Positions 8,166 through 16,540 of a stretch of DNA of 64,000 nucleotides are shown here, piece after piece. Made by a program: the position numbers and the translations under genes. Below the pieces are notes generated by a model, which ran no database searches, was not told the origin of the DNA, and saw only the letters and a list, made by a program, of their open reading frames with translations. The stretch lies in contig CALGEC010000047.1 in assembly GCA_937881815.1 (NCBI GenBank), positions 103,040 through 167,039 of the forward strand, given 5' to 3'. Origin of the DNA: an uncultured Bacteroidales bacterium (GTDB lineage: Bacteria; Bacteroidota; Bacteroidia; Bacteroidales; P3). Numbering within the stretch: position 1 is the first letter of the stretch; each line of letters begins with the position of its first letter.

Positions 8166-9086
8166 ATGAAAAAGACAGCATTATTTAGTTTTTTTATCCT
8201 TATTTCAGGGATAATTTTAGCACAAAACGAAAAGATTTATTTGTTTTCTCAACCTATTAAGGAGGATTACAACAAATTAACTTTGACTGCAAAAAGCAAT
8301 CTTAACTTAGTGAGGAGCGAAACAGACGTTTTGGAAATTTCTACAAAGGACAGCAATATTGTTTTGGGCAATATATGTGTTTTTGAAGACAAAACGCTGA
8401 CCATAATGACAGACTCCTTGCCACAAGATGTTAAAATAACACTTTATTCGTCCAAAGAAGAAGTGTTTTTGAGTAGTCAATTTGATTCAATCAAAGACAC
8501 AAGGCAAGAAATTAAAGAAAAAGAGAATGATAAAATAAATTTATTTTGGGCTTTTCTTAGTTCAACTGATTTAAACTTTAACTCAAAACGCTATAATAAT
8601 CCATACTCCTCGCTAATTAGTCAAAATTTCCAATTTATTGATTTTTACTATGAACACTCTACTAAAAAAGGCAACAAATTCTTTGCAGGATTAGCATACA
8701 ATTGGGATTTTAAATTTTTATACAACGATGTAGAATGCTTAAACAATAAATTGCAACTATTATCAAGTGATTTGCATCTTCAAAACAATGCACAATTTAT
8801 TGTAGATCGCAATTTATTCCTATATACAAGGTATAGATTAAAATTAAACAACTATTTTTTGTGTGAGTTTGGAGTAAAATTTGGTAGAACTTTAAAAAGT
8901 TTTCTTTGGGACTTTAATATAACGCCAGAAAACAAACTAAACTTCAACTCAACCAAACTCTCAGACTATAATCCTTGGAAATTAGAATTATTTTTCAACT
9001 TTATGGGATATGAATTCTTCTTTAATATTTTGCCAGAATATAAAAACGACAACACAAGACGCTTTGGAATTAGACTGAATTTTTAA
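8166..9086 (+). CDS. secreted hypothetical protein, possible outer-membrane beta-barrel
   Basis: 306 aa. Signal peptide (MKKTALFSFFILISGIILAQ), alternating aromatic/hydrophilic C-terminal half, and a terminal ...FGIRLNF ending in Phe as in many OM barrels. No family recognised. Confidence 0.35.
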   Translation: MKKTALFSFFILISGIILAQNEKIYLFSQPIKEDYNKLTLTAKSNLNLVRSETDVLEISTKDSNIVLGNICVFEDKTLTIMTDSLPQDVKITLYSSKEEVFLSSQFDSIKDTRQEIKEKENDKINLFWAFLSSTDLNFNSKRYNNPYSSLISQNFQFIDFYYEHSTKKGNKFFAGLAYNWDFKFLYNDVECLNNKLQLLSSDLHLQNNAQFIVDRNLFLYTRYRLKLNNYFLCEFGVKFGRTLKSFLWDFNITPENKLNFNSTKLSDYNPWKLELFFNFMGYEFFFNILPEYKNDNTRRFGIRLNF

Positions 9087-9096
9087 TTTTTGAGTT

Positions 9097-9804
9097 TTAA
9101 AGCAGAATATCGCTAACGATGTCTTTGTATTGAGAGGAATATTCTCCGTTTTCTTCTCGTATAAAGACATTTTTTATTTGTGTTTGCTTTGTTGGAAAAA
9201 GCGAATATGTTCTTATGATTCTCTCTATCGGCTTTGAGGGTTTTGAATATATGTTTATTTGAGTTTCAACCTTTACTTGCTTTTGTTCAAACAAAGATGT
9301 GAGTTCATCGCTCTGCAAAGTAGGAAGTATAACGCATATCTTAGCATCAGGAGTTGCAAGTTTTAAGCTACAATTTACGAAATCAGAAAAAGGAAGTTTG
9401 TCGGTATGTCGTGCAAAGGTGCGTTTAGCAGTGTTAGCCTGCAAAGAATTTACAAAATATGGAGGATTAGAAATGATAAAGTCGTATTTTGTTTGTTCTT
9501 CTTTTATTTCAGCAAAGTCTTGCAAGGAGATTTGTTTTGCAAACAATCTATCTGCCCATTTACTTTTTTGAAAATTGTCTGCTGATTGCAAAACAGAGTC
9601 TTCATCTACGTCTATGGCGGTGATTTTCGCCTCTTTATTGAATTGAGCCATTGCAAGGCTTATTATTCCACAGCCTGTGCCAACTTCAAGTATGCGTTTT
9701 TTTGCGTTTCTCGGTGCAAGCGATGAAAGAAGAATAGCATCTGTGCCTACTTTCATTGAAGAAAGCGTATGATTTAACGAAAATTCTTTGCATTTAAACT
9801 CCAT
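9097..9804 (-). CDS. tRNA1(Val) (adenine37-N6)-methyltransferase-like SAM methyltransferase
   Basis: 235 aa. ILEVGTGCGIISL SAM motif and the IISNPPYF (NPPY) N6-adenine methyltransferase motif. Confidence 0.7.
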   Translation of the reverse strand: MEFKCKEFSLNHTLSSMKVGTDAILLSSLAPRNAKKRILEVGTGCGIISLAMAQFNKEAKITAIDVDEDSVLQSADNFQKSKWADRLFAKQISLQDFAEIKEEQTKYDFIISNPPYFVNSLQANTAKRTFARHTDKLPFSDFVNCSLKLATPDAKICVILPTLQSDELTSLFEQKQVKVETQINIYSKPSKPIERIIRTYSLFPTKQTQIKNVFIREENGEYSSQYKDIVSDILL

Positions 9805-9863
9805 AACAACGCAAAATTACAATGTTTTTCGATTCTTTTCTACATTTTAGCGAATTATTGTTT

Positions 9864-9897
9864 ACAACAGCGACGTATTTTCATACGCCACTGTTGT
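9864..9897 (-). terminator. 15-bp stem / 4-nt loop hairpin just downstream of the MerR-family gene; no U-tract
   Basis: acaacagcgacgtat / tttc / atacgccactgttgt. The two plus-strand C-A mismatches become G-U wobbles in the minus-strand RNA, giving a perfect stem only on the transcribed strand. Confidence 0.4.
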
Positions 9898-9907
9898 CTA
9901 TCTAACT

Positions 9908-10732
9908 CTACTGAATTGGAATTTGAATAATAGAGAGCCATTGCTCAGGATTATCTTGATTCCATATTCCATCGATATAGCAGATTCTTGTATGCCCCGC
10001 AGGTTTATAGCCTTTTTCTTCCATATATCTAAATGCTTCGGCAACGGATAGGTGAAAACGCTCGTAAGGTCCTAAGTGTTTTATGCAAAGTGCTTTTGCG
10101 ACAGCAGGCAAGTGCTTAAATTGTATGATATTGCTATCTTTTCCCATTTCCTCTACTTGTTCACAATATTCTATATCAAGGTCAGTAGAGCGATATTCTT
10201 TGTTATGTTCTATGGTAAAGCAGTATCCGGGAGGGGGACACTTGCATCCAAGACGTTGCATTTCGGGTCCAATTTTATTTACGCACAATGCTCCCAAGGA
10301 TGCATAGTTAGGAATAATTTCTCTATGACTTGCCACAATAATTTCGGGCAAAGATTGAATGCTTATTTTGTCCATTGTTTTAATTTGTTTGTGAGAGTTT
10401 ATCCATTTAAGCAGTTGGCTACGGCGTTTTATTAACAGTTGTAATTGTTTTTCTGTTTCTTCTATTTTTTGTGTTAATTGATCAATGCTTGGCATTTGTT
10501 CGCCATCTTCTAACAGCTCTTTGATTTCTTCAAGCGTGAATCCCTGTTGTTGCAACCCACGAATGATATTAAGTCTTTGCATTTGATATATGCTATAATA
10601 ACGATAACCTGTCCATTCGTCCACTTCATAGGGTAAAAGCAATCCTTTCTGCTCGTAATAACGCAAAGTCTTCACCGTTACCTGCATCATTTTTGAAAAC
10701 TCTCCGATTTTTAATTTCGTTTCTTTACTCAT
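9908..10732 (-). CDS. MerR-family transcriptional regulator with C-terminal GyrI-like effector-binding domain (BmrR-like architecture)
   Basis: 274 aa. N-terminal MerR HTH (KIGEFSKMMQVTVKTLRYYEQKGLL...GYRYY), a coiled-coil linker, then a ~150 aa C-terminal domain of GyrI-like size and pattern. Confidence 0.8.
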   Translation of the reverse strand: MSKETKLKIGEFSKMMQVTVKTLRYYEQKGLLLPYEVDEWTGYRYYSIYQMQRLNIIRGLQQQGFTLEEIKELLEDGEQMPSIDQLTQKIEETEKQLQLLIKRRSQLLKWINSHKQIKTMDKISIQSLPEIIVASHREIIPNYASLGALCVNKIGPEMQRLGCKCPPPGYCFTIEHNKEYRSTDLDIEYCEQVEEMGKDSNIIQFKHLPAVAKALCIKHLGPYERFHLSVAEAFRYMEEKGYKPAGHTRICYIDGIWNQDNPEQWLSIIQIPIQ

Positions 10733-10760
10733 TTTCGTACGATTTATTTGCTAGCGAATG

Positions 10761-10793
10761 CAAAGTTAAGACATACTCTTAGGGACGAGTCAA
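10761..10793 (-). promoter_or_regulatory. MerR-type promoter: TTGACT - 19 nt - TAACTT(TG) upstream of the MerR/GyrI gene
   Basis: Minus strand reads TTGACTCGTCCCTAAGAGTATGTCTTAACTTTG. There is a 19-nt spacer between the hexamers (22 nt between TTG and TAnnTTTG), and a weak dyad ACTC-N8-GAGT in the spacer. Confidence 0.5.
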
Positions 10794-10905
10794 GAAAAAA
10801 ATGAAATATTTTCAGCAGAAGAAAGATAAAGTGTTAATTTTCACCTCAACTGCCAAGCTGACGAAGTATTGAAAGGAATTCCTAAAAAATTTATTGCACA
10901 TATAC

Positions 10906-10947
10906 AAAAAAAAAGAGTTGCTCAATAGTGAACAACTCTTTTTTTAT
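10906..10947 (-). terminator. rho-independent terminator after the exbB...exbD operon
   Basis: Stem aaaagagttg (10911-10920) / caactctttt (10933-10942) flanked by A-run and T-run. On the minus strand the hairpin is followed by a U-tract. Lies 13 nt beyond the exbD stop. Confidence 0.8.
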
Positions 10948-10959
10948 TTAATTGAAGGT

Positions 10960-11430
10960 TTAATAAGTGTCTTTAACTCTTCGTGATGCTGCGTACATTA
11001 TACGTAATGCTCCAACTTTTCTTAGTTCTTGTTTTACGTCTGTTACATCTCCCATTTTAACTTCTTTATCACATTTGATTGTTGTTGTTAAGAATGGTTT
11101 GTCTGCTTCATCTCTTGCTGCTCTTTCTGATTCTATGAAAGTAGCTATATCACTTATTTCTCCAAATTGGTCGTTTAATTGAAAACGTGTTGCTGAACCG
11201 AATTTGCGTTCTTCAATTGGTGTTCCTATGTATATGTAACTTACCAACGATTTCTTTTCCAATTTTTGGATTTCAGATGCTTGTGGAACTGTTACTTTTA
11301 CCATAAGAGAACTTTCTCTCATTGTTGTAATCACCATAAAGAAGAATATCAACATGAAAATGATATCAGACATAGAACCCATATTCAGTTCCGGAGTTTC
11401 TGATGAGCCTTTTTGTTTAAATTTTGCCAT
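10960..11430 (-). CDS. exbD: biopolymer transporter ExbD/TolR family
   Basis: 156 aa. N-terminal MSDIIFMLIFFFMVITT anchor typical of ExbD. Sits in a cluster with ExbB. Confidence 0.85.
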   Translation of the reverse strand: MAKFKQKGSSETPELNMGSMSDIIFMLIFFFMVITTMRESSLMVKVTVPQASEIQKLEKKSLVSYIYIGTPIEERKFGSATRFQLNDQFGEISDIATFIESERAARDEADKPFLTTTIKCDKEVKMGDVTDVKQELRKVGALRIMYAASRRVKDTY

Positions 11431-12011
11431 TATTTATTTCCTCCTATATTTTTAGGTTCTGCTTCTGAAATCGCAATCGGAATTGCTTTGTCAATTGCTT
11501 CTCTTTGTGATTGTGTAGCATCTATGTATGCTCTTCCAAATCGTGCTTTTGACATTTCATCTCTCAATTCGTTTACAGCAGCTGTTAATTCATTTTGCAC
11601 CATCAAATACATTTCGTATGATGTACCTCTGTCGTTTTGCAAAGAAATTACTCCTTTAGAAACTTCTACATCTCCTAATAATGGAATATTTCTTGTTTGC
11701 TTTTCAGGTAGGTTTGGCAAATTATCTGGATTTGATAAAAATTCTTTTGCTCTGTCTTTAAGTGCTGTAATATCACCTAATTCATTATTGAAAAGTAATT
11801 TATCATCTTTGTTTACCAATACTACGAATGTATTTCTTCTGTGAATATCTGGCGGTTTAACGTTAGGGTCTGATGGCGGTGGCAAACGTCTTTGAATACC
11901 CATATCTGTATTGATTGAAGAAACCAACAAGAAAAAGGTCAATAGCAAAAACGATATGTCCGACATAGACGAAGCGTTAAGACCTGGTAACTTTTTCTTA
12001 TTTCTTGCCAT
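11430..12011 (-). CDS. exbD: biopolymer transporter ExbD/TolR family (second paralog)
   Basis: 193 aa. SSMSDISFLLLTFFLLVSS anchor. Its stop is adjacent to the start of the next ExbD gene. Confidence 0.85.
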   Translation of the reverse strand: MARNKKKLPGLNASSMSDISFLLLTFFLLVSSINTDMGIQRRLPPPSDPNVKPPDIHRRNTFVVLVNKDDKLLFNNELGDITALKDRAKEFLSNPDNLPNLPEKQTRNIPLLGDVEVSKGVISLQNDRGTSYEMYLMVQNELTAAVNELRDEMSKARFGRAYIDATQSQREAIDKAIPIAISEAEPKNIGGNK

Positions 12012-12017
12012 AATTAA

Positions 12018-12488
12018 CTATTTTATTTTTTTAGAAATCTCTGCAAATAAAACAGATACTAAAACTCCGCCAAATAAGATATATACGGTATACATACAAG
12101 CACCTATCAATTTAGAGCTTGAATAGTCTGAACCTGTTTTTTCAAATACTTCTTGTGGCACGTCTGTTCCAGAAGAAAGCAAATAAGAAGCAACAAATAC
12201 AACTATTAAAGCAACTACGGCTATAATGATACCCATTTGTTTTTTAGGATCTTCTATTAATCCTTTTATAATTTGTGCAAGTGCAAATCCTATTGCAACT
12301 AATAAACTTGCTCCAAGCAATACTATAACAGACCAATATGCAACATTCCATACTGCCATTGCTGATGATTGTCCGTCTATTGGAGCGTCTTTGTCAAATA
12401 ATAGTGCGTAAGCAACTGCACAAATTGAAGCTATAACTCCCCATATTAGGGCTATAGTCCAATATACTTTTCTATAATCTTTTTTCAT
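12018..12488 (-). CDS. small 4-TM membrane protein of unknown function inside the ExbB-ExbD cluster
   Basis: 156 aa with four hydrophobic segments. Lies 6 nt upstream of exbD. No motif recognised. Confidence 0.5.
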   Translation of the reverse strand: MKKDYRKVYWTIALIWGVIASICAVAYALLFDKDAPIDGQSSAMAVWNVAYWSVIVLLGASLLVAIGFALAQIIKGLIEDPKKQMGIIIAVVALIVVFVASYLLSSGTDVPQEVFEKTGSDYSSSKLIGACMYTVYILFGGVLVSVLFAEISKKIK

Positions 12489-12565
12489 TTTTCCTCCTTG
12501 GTTTATAAAGTAATTACTATTTTCAGTCCTTATCTTAAAAAGAACTATCTTTTCGTTAAAGAAAA

Positions 12566-13378
12566 TTACTTCTTACTATTTTTAACCAAGATGTCCATGA
12601 AAGTTATAGAAGAATCCTCCATTGTTGCAACTAATCCTTCTATTTTAGATAATAGATAGTTGTAGCAAATTTGAAGAACTAATGCTGTGATCAAACCGAA
12701 TACTGTTGTCAAAAGGGCAACTTTCATACCTCCTGCAACAACTGTTGGAGAAATATCACCTGCTTTTTCAATGTCATCGAATGCTTGAACCATACCAATA
12801 ACTGTTCCTAAGAATCCGAATGAAGGTGCAATAGCAATAAACAATGAAATCCAAACCATATTGTTTTCTAATCTTGCCATTTGAACTCCACCGTAAGAAG
12901 TTAATGATTTTTCTACATCTTCTAAACCATTATCTAATCTTGATAATCCTTGGAAGAAGATAGAAGCAACTGGTCCTCTTGTGTTACGACATACATCTTT
13001 TGCTCCTTCAACGTTACCAGCAACGATGTTTTCTTCTACTTTTTGTAATAATTTGTCTGCATTTGTTGTTGCAAGGTTAAGGTAAAGGATACGTTCAATA
13101 ACCAATGCTAAACCTAAAATTAAACAAATAAGAATTGGAGTCATCCAACCCACACCACCTTCGATGTATTTTGTTTTCAATCCTTGGTGGAAAGATTTTT
13201 CTTCTGCAACTGGAGCAGCTGGTTCTTCTGCTGCAACTGCAGTGTCAGTTGATGTTACTGATTCTGTAGCAGAAACAGTTTCAGTTTCAGTTTTTGCAGC
13301 ATCTTGAGCAAAAACATTGTTTGATAAACCTAATGTCAATATCATTACGATTGACAAATAAGCAAATACTTTTTTCAT
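12566..13378 (-). CDS. exbB: MotA/TolQ/ExbB proton-channel family protein
   Basis: 270 aa. Signal-like N-terminus, T/E/A-rich linker, then the ExbB core (IAIAPSFGFLGTVIGMVQAF...ALLTTVFGL). Confidence 0.9.
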   Translation of the reverse strand: MKKVFAYLSIVMILTLGLSNNVFAQDAAKTETETVSATESVTSTDTAVAAEEPAAPVAEEKSFHQGLKTKYIEGGVGWMTPILICLILGLALVIERILYLNLATTNADKLLQKVEENIVAGNVEGAKDVCRNTRGPVASIFFQGLSRLDNGLEDVEKSLTSYGGVQMARLENNMVWISLFIAIAPSFGFLGTVIGMVQAFDDIEKAGDISPTVVAGGMKVALLTTVFGLITALVLQICYNYLLSKIEGLVATMEDSSITFMDILVKNSKK

Positions 13379-13440
13379 AGCGTTCTTTAAATTTATTGTT
13401 ATTAATTATTTACTTTTAATATTATACTATTATGAACTTG

Positions 13441-13448
13441 CAAAGTTA
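13441..13448 (-). promoter_or_regulatory. -7 box TAACTTTG upstream of exbB
   Basis: Plus strand caaagtta, 62 nt from ATG 13378. Confidence 0.5.
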
Positions 13449-13510
13449 CAATGTTATTTTTGAAATCCAATTTTTTAAACAAAAAAATAACATTTTTTCA
13501 ATGTTTTTTT

Positions 13511-14809
13511 CTAATCTTTATCGTTTTTAGACAGTTTTTCAGGGTCAATACTAACTAAAATCTTATCAATTCTTGTAGAATCTAAATCAACAATCTCAAA
13601 AATAAATCTATCCCACATTATTTTTTCTCCAACTTTTGGGATTGTTCCAGTTTGTTCAAGAATTAACCCGCCTAATGTATTAAAATCATTATCTTGATAA
13701 AGGTCTTCTAAATCAAAATGACTAAGAAAATCATAAAAAGAATATTGACCTCCTACTAAAAAAGTACCATCTTCTCTTTCTATAAATTCATCTTCATCAT
13801 CTTCTGTTTCAAGTTCTGAAGCATTCCCTACCAATGATTCTAAAATATTGTTCATCGTTACCATTCCTACCACCATTCCGAACTCGTCAATAATAAGGGC
13901 ATAATGTATCTTATTCTCTTTAAAGGTTTCTAAAGCATCATAAACACTTATACTTTCATGTAAATACTGAGGTTCTCTCATTATTTCTTTAACACTATTG
14001 AAAGTATCTAATTTATTGAATAAATCCTTTAAATAAACTACTCCAACTATATTATCAAGAGTTTTATCTGCAACAGGATATATATAATGCATATGCTGAG
14101 ATAATTTTGATTTGACTGAATCTAAGTTATCATCAGCATCTAACCAAACAAACTCTGTTCTGTGCGTCATAAGTGAAGCAACATCTCTATCTCCCAAAGA
14201 AAACACTCTCTCAACTATTTCTTTTTCCACTTCTTCTACCTCTCCACCTTCGGTACTATCACTAACAATTGCTTTAATTTCTTCTTCCGATGCAGTATTC
14301 TTCTTTTTCTCTATTCCAAATAAAGACATCAAACCTTGTGTAGAAATAGAAAGCAACCAAACTAAAGGATAGAATAATTTTTTAAGAAAATTCATCGGAG
14401 AAATAATAACACTTGCTATTTTTTCTGGATTATTCAATGCAAGTTTTTTAGGGAATAATTCTCCAATCACCAATGTTACATATGTTATCACAAGCACAAC
14501 AACAACTCTTGCAATAATTTCTGAATATTCTATATCAAGTCCTATTTTGCTAATTAAGTCTGCAAAAGGCTTTATCAAATTATCTCCTGTATACATACCT
14601 GTTACAAGACCTATCGCAGTAATTGCAATTTGAACCGTTGAGAGAAAATTATCAGGATTCTCAGCAACCTCTAATATTTTTTTTGAATTTTTGTTACCTT
14701 TTTTAGAATCGGCATCAAGTTTTGACTTTCTTGATGCTGTAACTGATGTTTCGGACATAGAGAATAGTCCATTGATAACAATTAATGCTAAGATTATAAG
14801 ATATTCCAC
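13511..14809 (-). CDS. hemolysin-family / CNNM (DUF21)-CBS-CorC_HlyC domain protein
   Basis: 432 aa. N-terminal DUF21 TM region (NGLFSMSETSV), a CBS pair, and a C-terminal CorC/HlyC transporter-associated domain. Confidence 0.85.
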   Translation of the reverse strand: MEYLIILALIVINGLFSMSETSVTASRKSKLDADSKKGNKNSKKILEVAENPDNFLSTVQIAITAIGLVTGMYTGDNLIKPFADLISKIGLDIEYSEIIARVVVVLVITYVTLVIGELFPKKLALNNPEKIASVIISPMNFLKKLFYPLVWLLSISTQGLMSLFGIEKKKNTASEEEIKAIVSDSTEGGEVEEVEKEIVERVFSLGDRDVASLMTHRTEFVWLDADDNLDSVKSKLSQHMHYIYPVADKTLDNIVGVVYLKDLFNKLDTFNSVKEIMREPQYLHESISVYDALETFKENKIHYALIIDEFGMVVGMVTMNNILESLVGNASELETEDDEDEFIEREDGTFLVGGQYSFYDFLSHFDLEDLYQDNDFNTLGGLILEQTGTIPKVGEKIMWDRFIFEIVDLDSTRIDKILVSIDPEKLSKNDKD

Positions 14810-14822
14810 TGAATTATCGTAG

Positions 14823-15464
14823 TTATTTATTAGTATCTTCCTCTATTTCTTTCAACGAAATAGTTTTCTTTTTATTATTAAAAACAAAAACAGATACAAC
14901 CAACAAACCAACACCCACTGTAATTGCAATATCTGCCACATTAAAAATAGCATTAAAAAATTCAAAATGCTTTCCTCCAACAAAAGGGATCCATTGAGGC
15001 AAAACTGTATCTATTAAAGGAAAGTAAAACATATCTACAACCTTTCCTAAGCAAAGAGGAGCATAACCTCCTGCTTCTGGAAACAATTGTGCAGTTGTAA
15101 AAAATGTACTTTCCGAAAATATAAGTCCATAAAATAAAGAATCTATTATATTTCCAACAGCCCCCGCAAATATTAGAGTAAAGGCATAAATAACTAATTT
15201 ATTTTCTTTTTTAATAATAAGCTTTCTGAGATAGAATAAAATTAAAGTAGCAGCAACAACTCTAAACAAAGTAAGAATTAGCTTACCTATTTCTTCTCCA
15301 AAAGACATACCAAAAGCCATACCCTCATTTTCTATAAAATGTAATCTACACCAATCACCTATAAGAAATAATTCTTCTCCGAGGGTAAAATTCAATTTTA
15401 TCCAAAATTTAACTATTTGGTCTATTAGAAGAATTATAAATATTACAATAAGAGGTTTCTTCAC
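14823..15464 (-). CDS. lspA: lipoprotein signal peptidase (signal peptidase II)
   Basis: 213 aa. NEGMAFGM and FNVADIAI motifs and four TM segments. Confidence 0.9.
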   Translation of the reverse strand: MKKPLIVIFIILLIDQIVKFWIKLNFTLGEELFLIGDWCRLHFIENEGMAFGMSFGEEIGKLILTLFRVVAATLILFYLRKLIIKKENKLVIYAFTLIFAGAVGNIIDSLFYGLIFSESTFFTTAQLFPEAGGYAPLCLGKVVDMFYFPLIDTVLPQWIPFVGGKHFEFFNAIFNVADIAITVGVGLLVVSVFVFNNKKKTISLKEIEEDTNK

Positions 15465-15470
15465 AAAACT

Positions 15471-15863
15471 CTATTTTTTATTTTGCATTAACTTCGCCTC
15501 AACACTCATCGTTGCATGAGGAACAATACGTAATCTTTCCTTAGGAATTAACTTTCCTGTTACTCTGCAAACTCCATAAGTTTTGTTTTCAATTCTTATG
15601 AGAGCTGCTTCCAAATCTTTAATAAATTTTTGCTGACGAGCAGCCAAATTTGCATTATCTTCCTTACTTCTAATACTTGCACCCTCTTCCAATACCTTGA
15701 AAGTAGGAGCTGTATCACTTGCCTCAGAAGCATTATTCGCAAAAGCCTCAGTCAATGTTTCGAGATTTTCCTTAGCCTTTGCTAATTTTTCTAAAATAAT
15801 TGATTTAAACTCCTGCAATTCTTCATCAGAATAACGCATTACTTTTTTTTCTGTACCTTCCAT
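15471..15863 (-). CDS. DksA/TraR-family regulator
   Basis: 130 aa. Coiled-coil N-terminal half and a C-terminal YGVCRVTGKLIPKERLRIVPHATMSVE segment like Bacteroidota DksA/TraR proteins. The zinc-finger cysteines are degenerate. Confidence 0.65.
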   Translation of the reverse strand: MEGTEKKVMRYSDEELQEFKSIILEKLAKAKENLETLTEAFANNASEASDTAPTFKVLEEGASIRSKEDNANLAARQQKFIKDLEAALIRIENKTYGVCRVTGKLIPKERLRIVPHATMSVEAKLMQNKK

Positions 15864-15882
15864 AACACTGAAATTTTCAATG

Positions 15883-15890
15883 CAAATGTA
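15883..15890 (-). promoter_or_regulatory. -7 box TACATTTG upstream of the dksA-like / lspA / CNNM genes
   Basis: Plus strand caaatgta, 19 nt from ATG 15863 and just downstream of the frr terminator. Confidence 0.5.
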
Positions 15891-15914
15891 TGAATAAAAT
15901 TAAAAAAAACAATA

Positions 15915-15954
15915 AAGCCAAAGAAGTTTTCGCAAAAAATAACTTCTTTGGCTT
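15915..15954 (-). terminator. rho-independent terminator after frr
   Basis: Perfect 14-bp inverted repeat aagccaaagaagtt / aacttctttggctt with a 12-nt loop, followed on the minus strand by a T-run (attgtttttttta). Confidence 0.8.
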
Positions 15955-15964
15955 AAAGAAAAAA

Positions 15965-16528
15965 CTAAATTGACATTATTTCTTTTTCCTTTGCTGCTAT
16001 AACAGAATCAGTATTCTTAATGAACTTATCAGTTACATCTTGCATTTCTTTTTCTACAGACTTTATTTCATCCTCAGGGACACCTGCATCTTTAAGTTTT
16101 TTAACTTTTTCAAGAATATTTCTTCTTACATTTCTTATACTAACCTTTGCAGTTTCACCTTCTGCCTTTGCTTTTTTGCAAAGATCCTTTCTTCTTTCTT
16201 CTGTTACTGGAGGCAAAACAATTCTAACAACATCTGCCTCTACTTTTGGAGTAAATCCTAAGTTTGCAGCTAATATTGCTTTATCTATTGGATGTAAAAG
16301 GGATTTTTCCCAAGGTTGAATAACAATTTGTTTTGGATCTGGTGTACTTATATTACCTACATTTTCTATTGGAGTAGGAGTACCATAATAATCAACCTTT
16401 ACACCAGCTAACATAGCAGGACTTGCTTTACCTGCACGTAATTTTTCCAAAGATTTCTCTAAGTGAGAAACCGTATCTGTCATTGAAGCACTCGCTTCTT
16501 GTAGCAATTTTTTTGACTCTTCGCTCAT
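15965..16528 (-). CDS. frr: ribosome recycling factor
   Basis: 187 aa. RAGKASPAMLAGVKVDYYG, PPVTEERRKDL and NVRRN motifs. Confidence 0.95.
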   Translation of the reverse strand: MSEESKKLLQEASASMTDTVSHLEKSLEKLRAGKASPAMLAGVKVDYYGTPTPIENVGNISTPDPKQIVIQPWEKSLLHPIDKAILAANLGFTPKVEADVVRIVLPPVTEERRKDLCKKAKAEGETAKVSIRNVRRNILEKVKKLKDAGVPEDEIKSVEKEMQDVTDKFIKNTDSVIAAKEKEIMSI

Positions 16529-16540
16529 AATATATTTGTT

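Noticed and set aside
11413-11844. 143-aa plus-strand ORF antisense to exbD. Similar cases are 10076-10435 (antisense to merR), 36257-36610 (antisense to gltX/DUF2520) and 50225-50599 (antisense to cinA).
   Set aside because: All lie wholly within well-supported genes on the other strand, have low-complexity hydrophobic/Ser-rich translations, and have no independent signals. I treat them as shadow ORFs.
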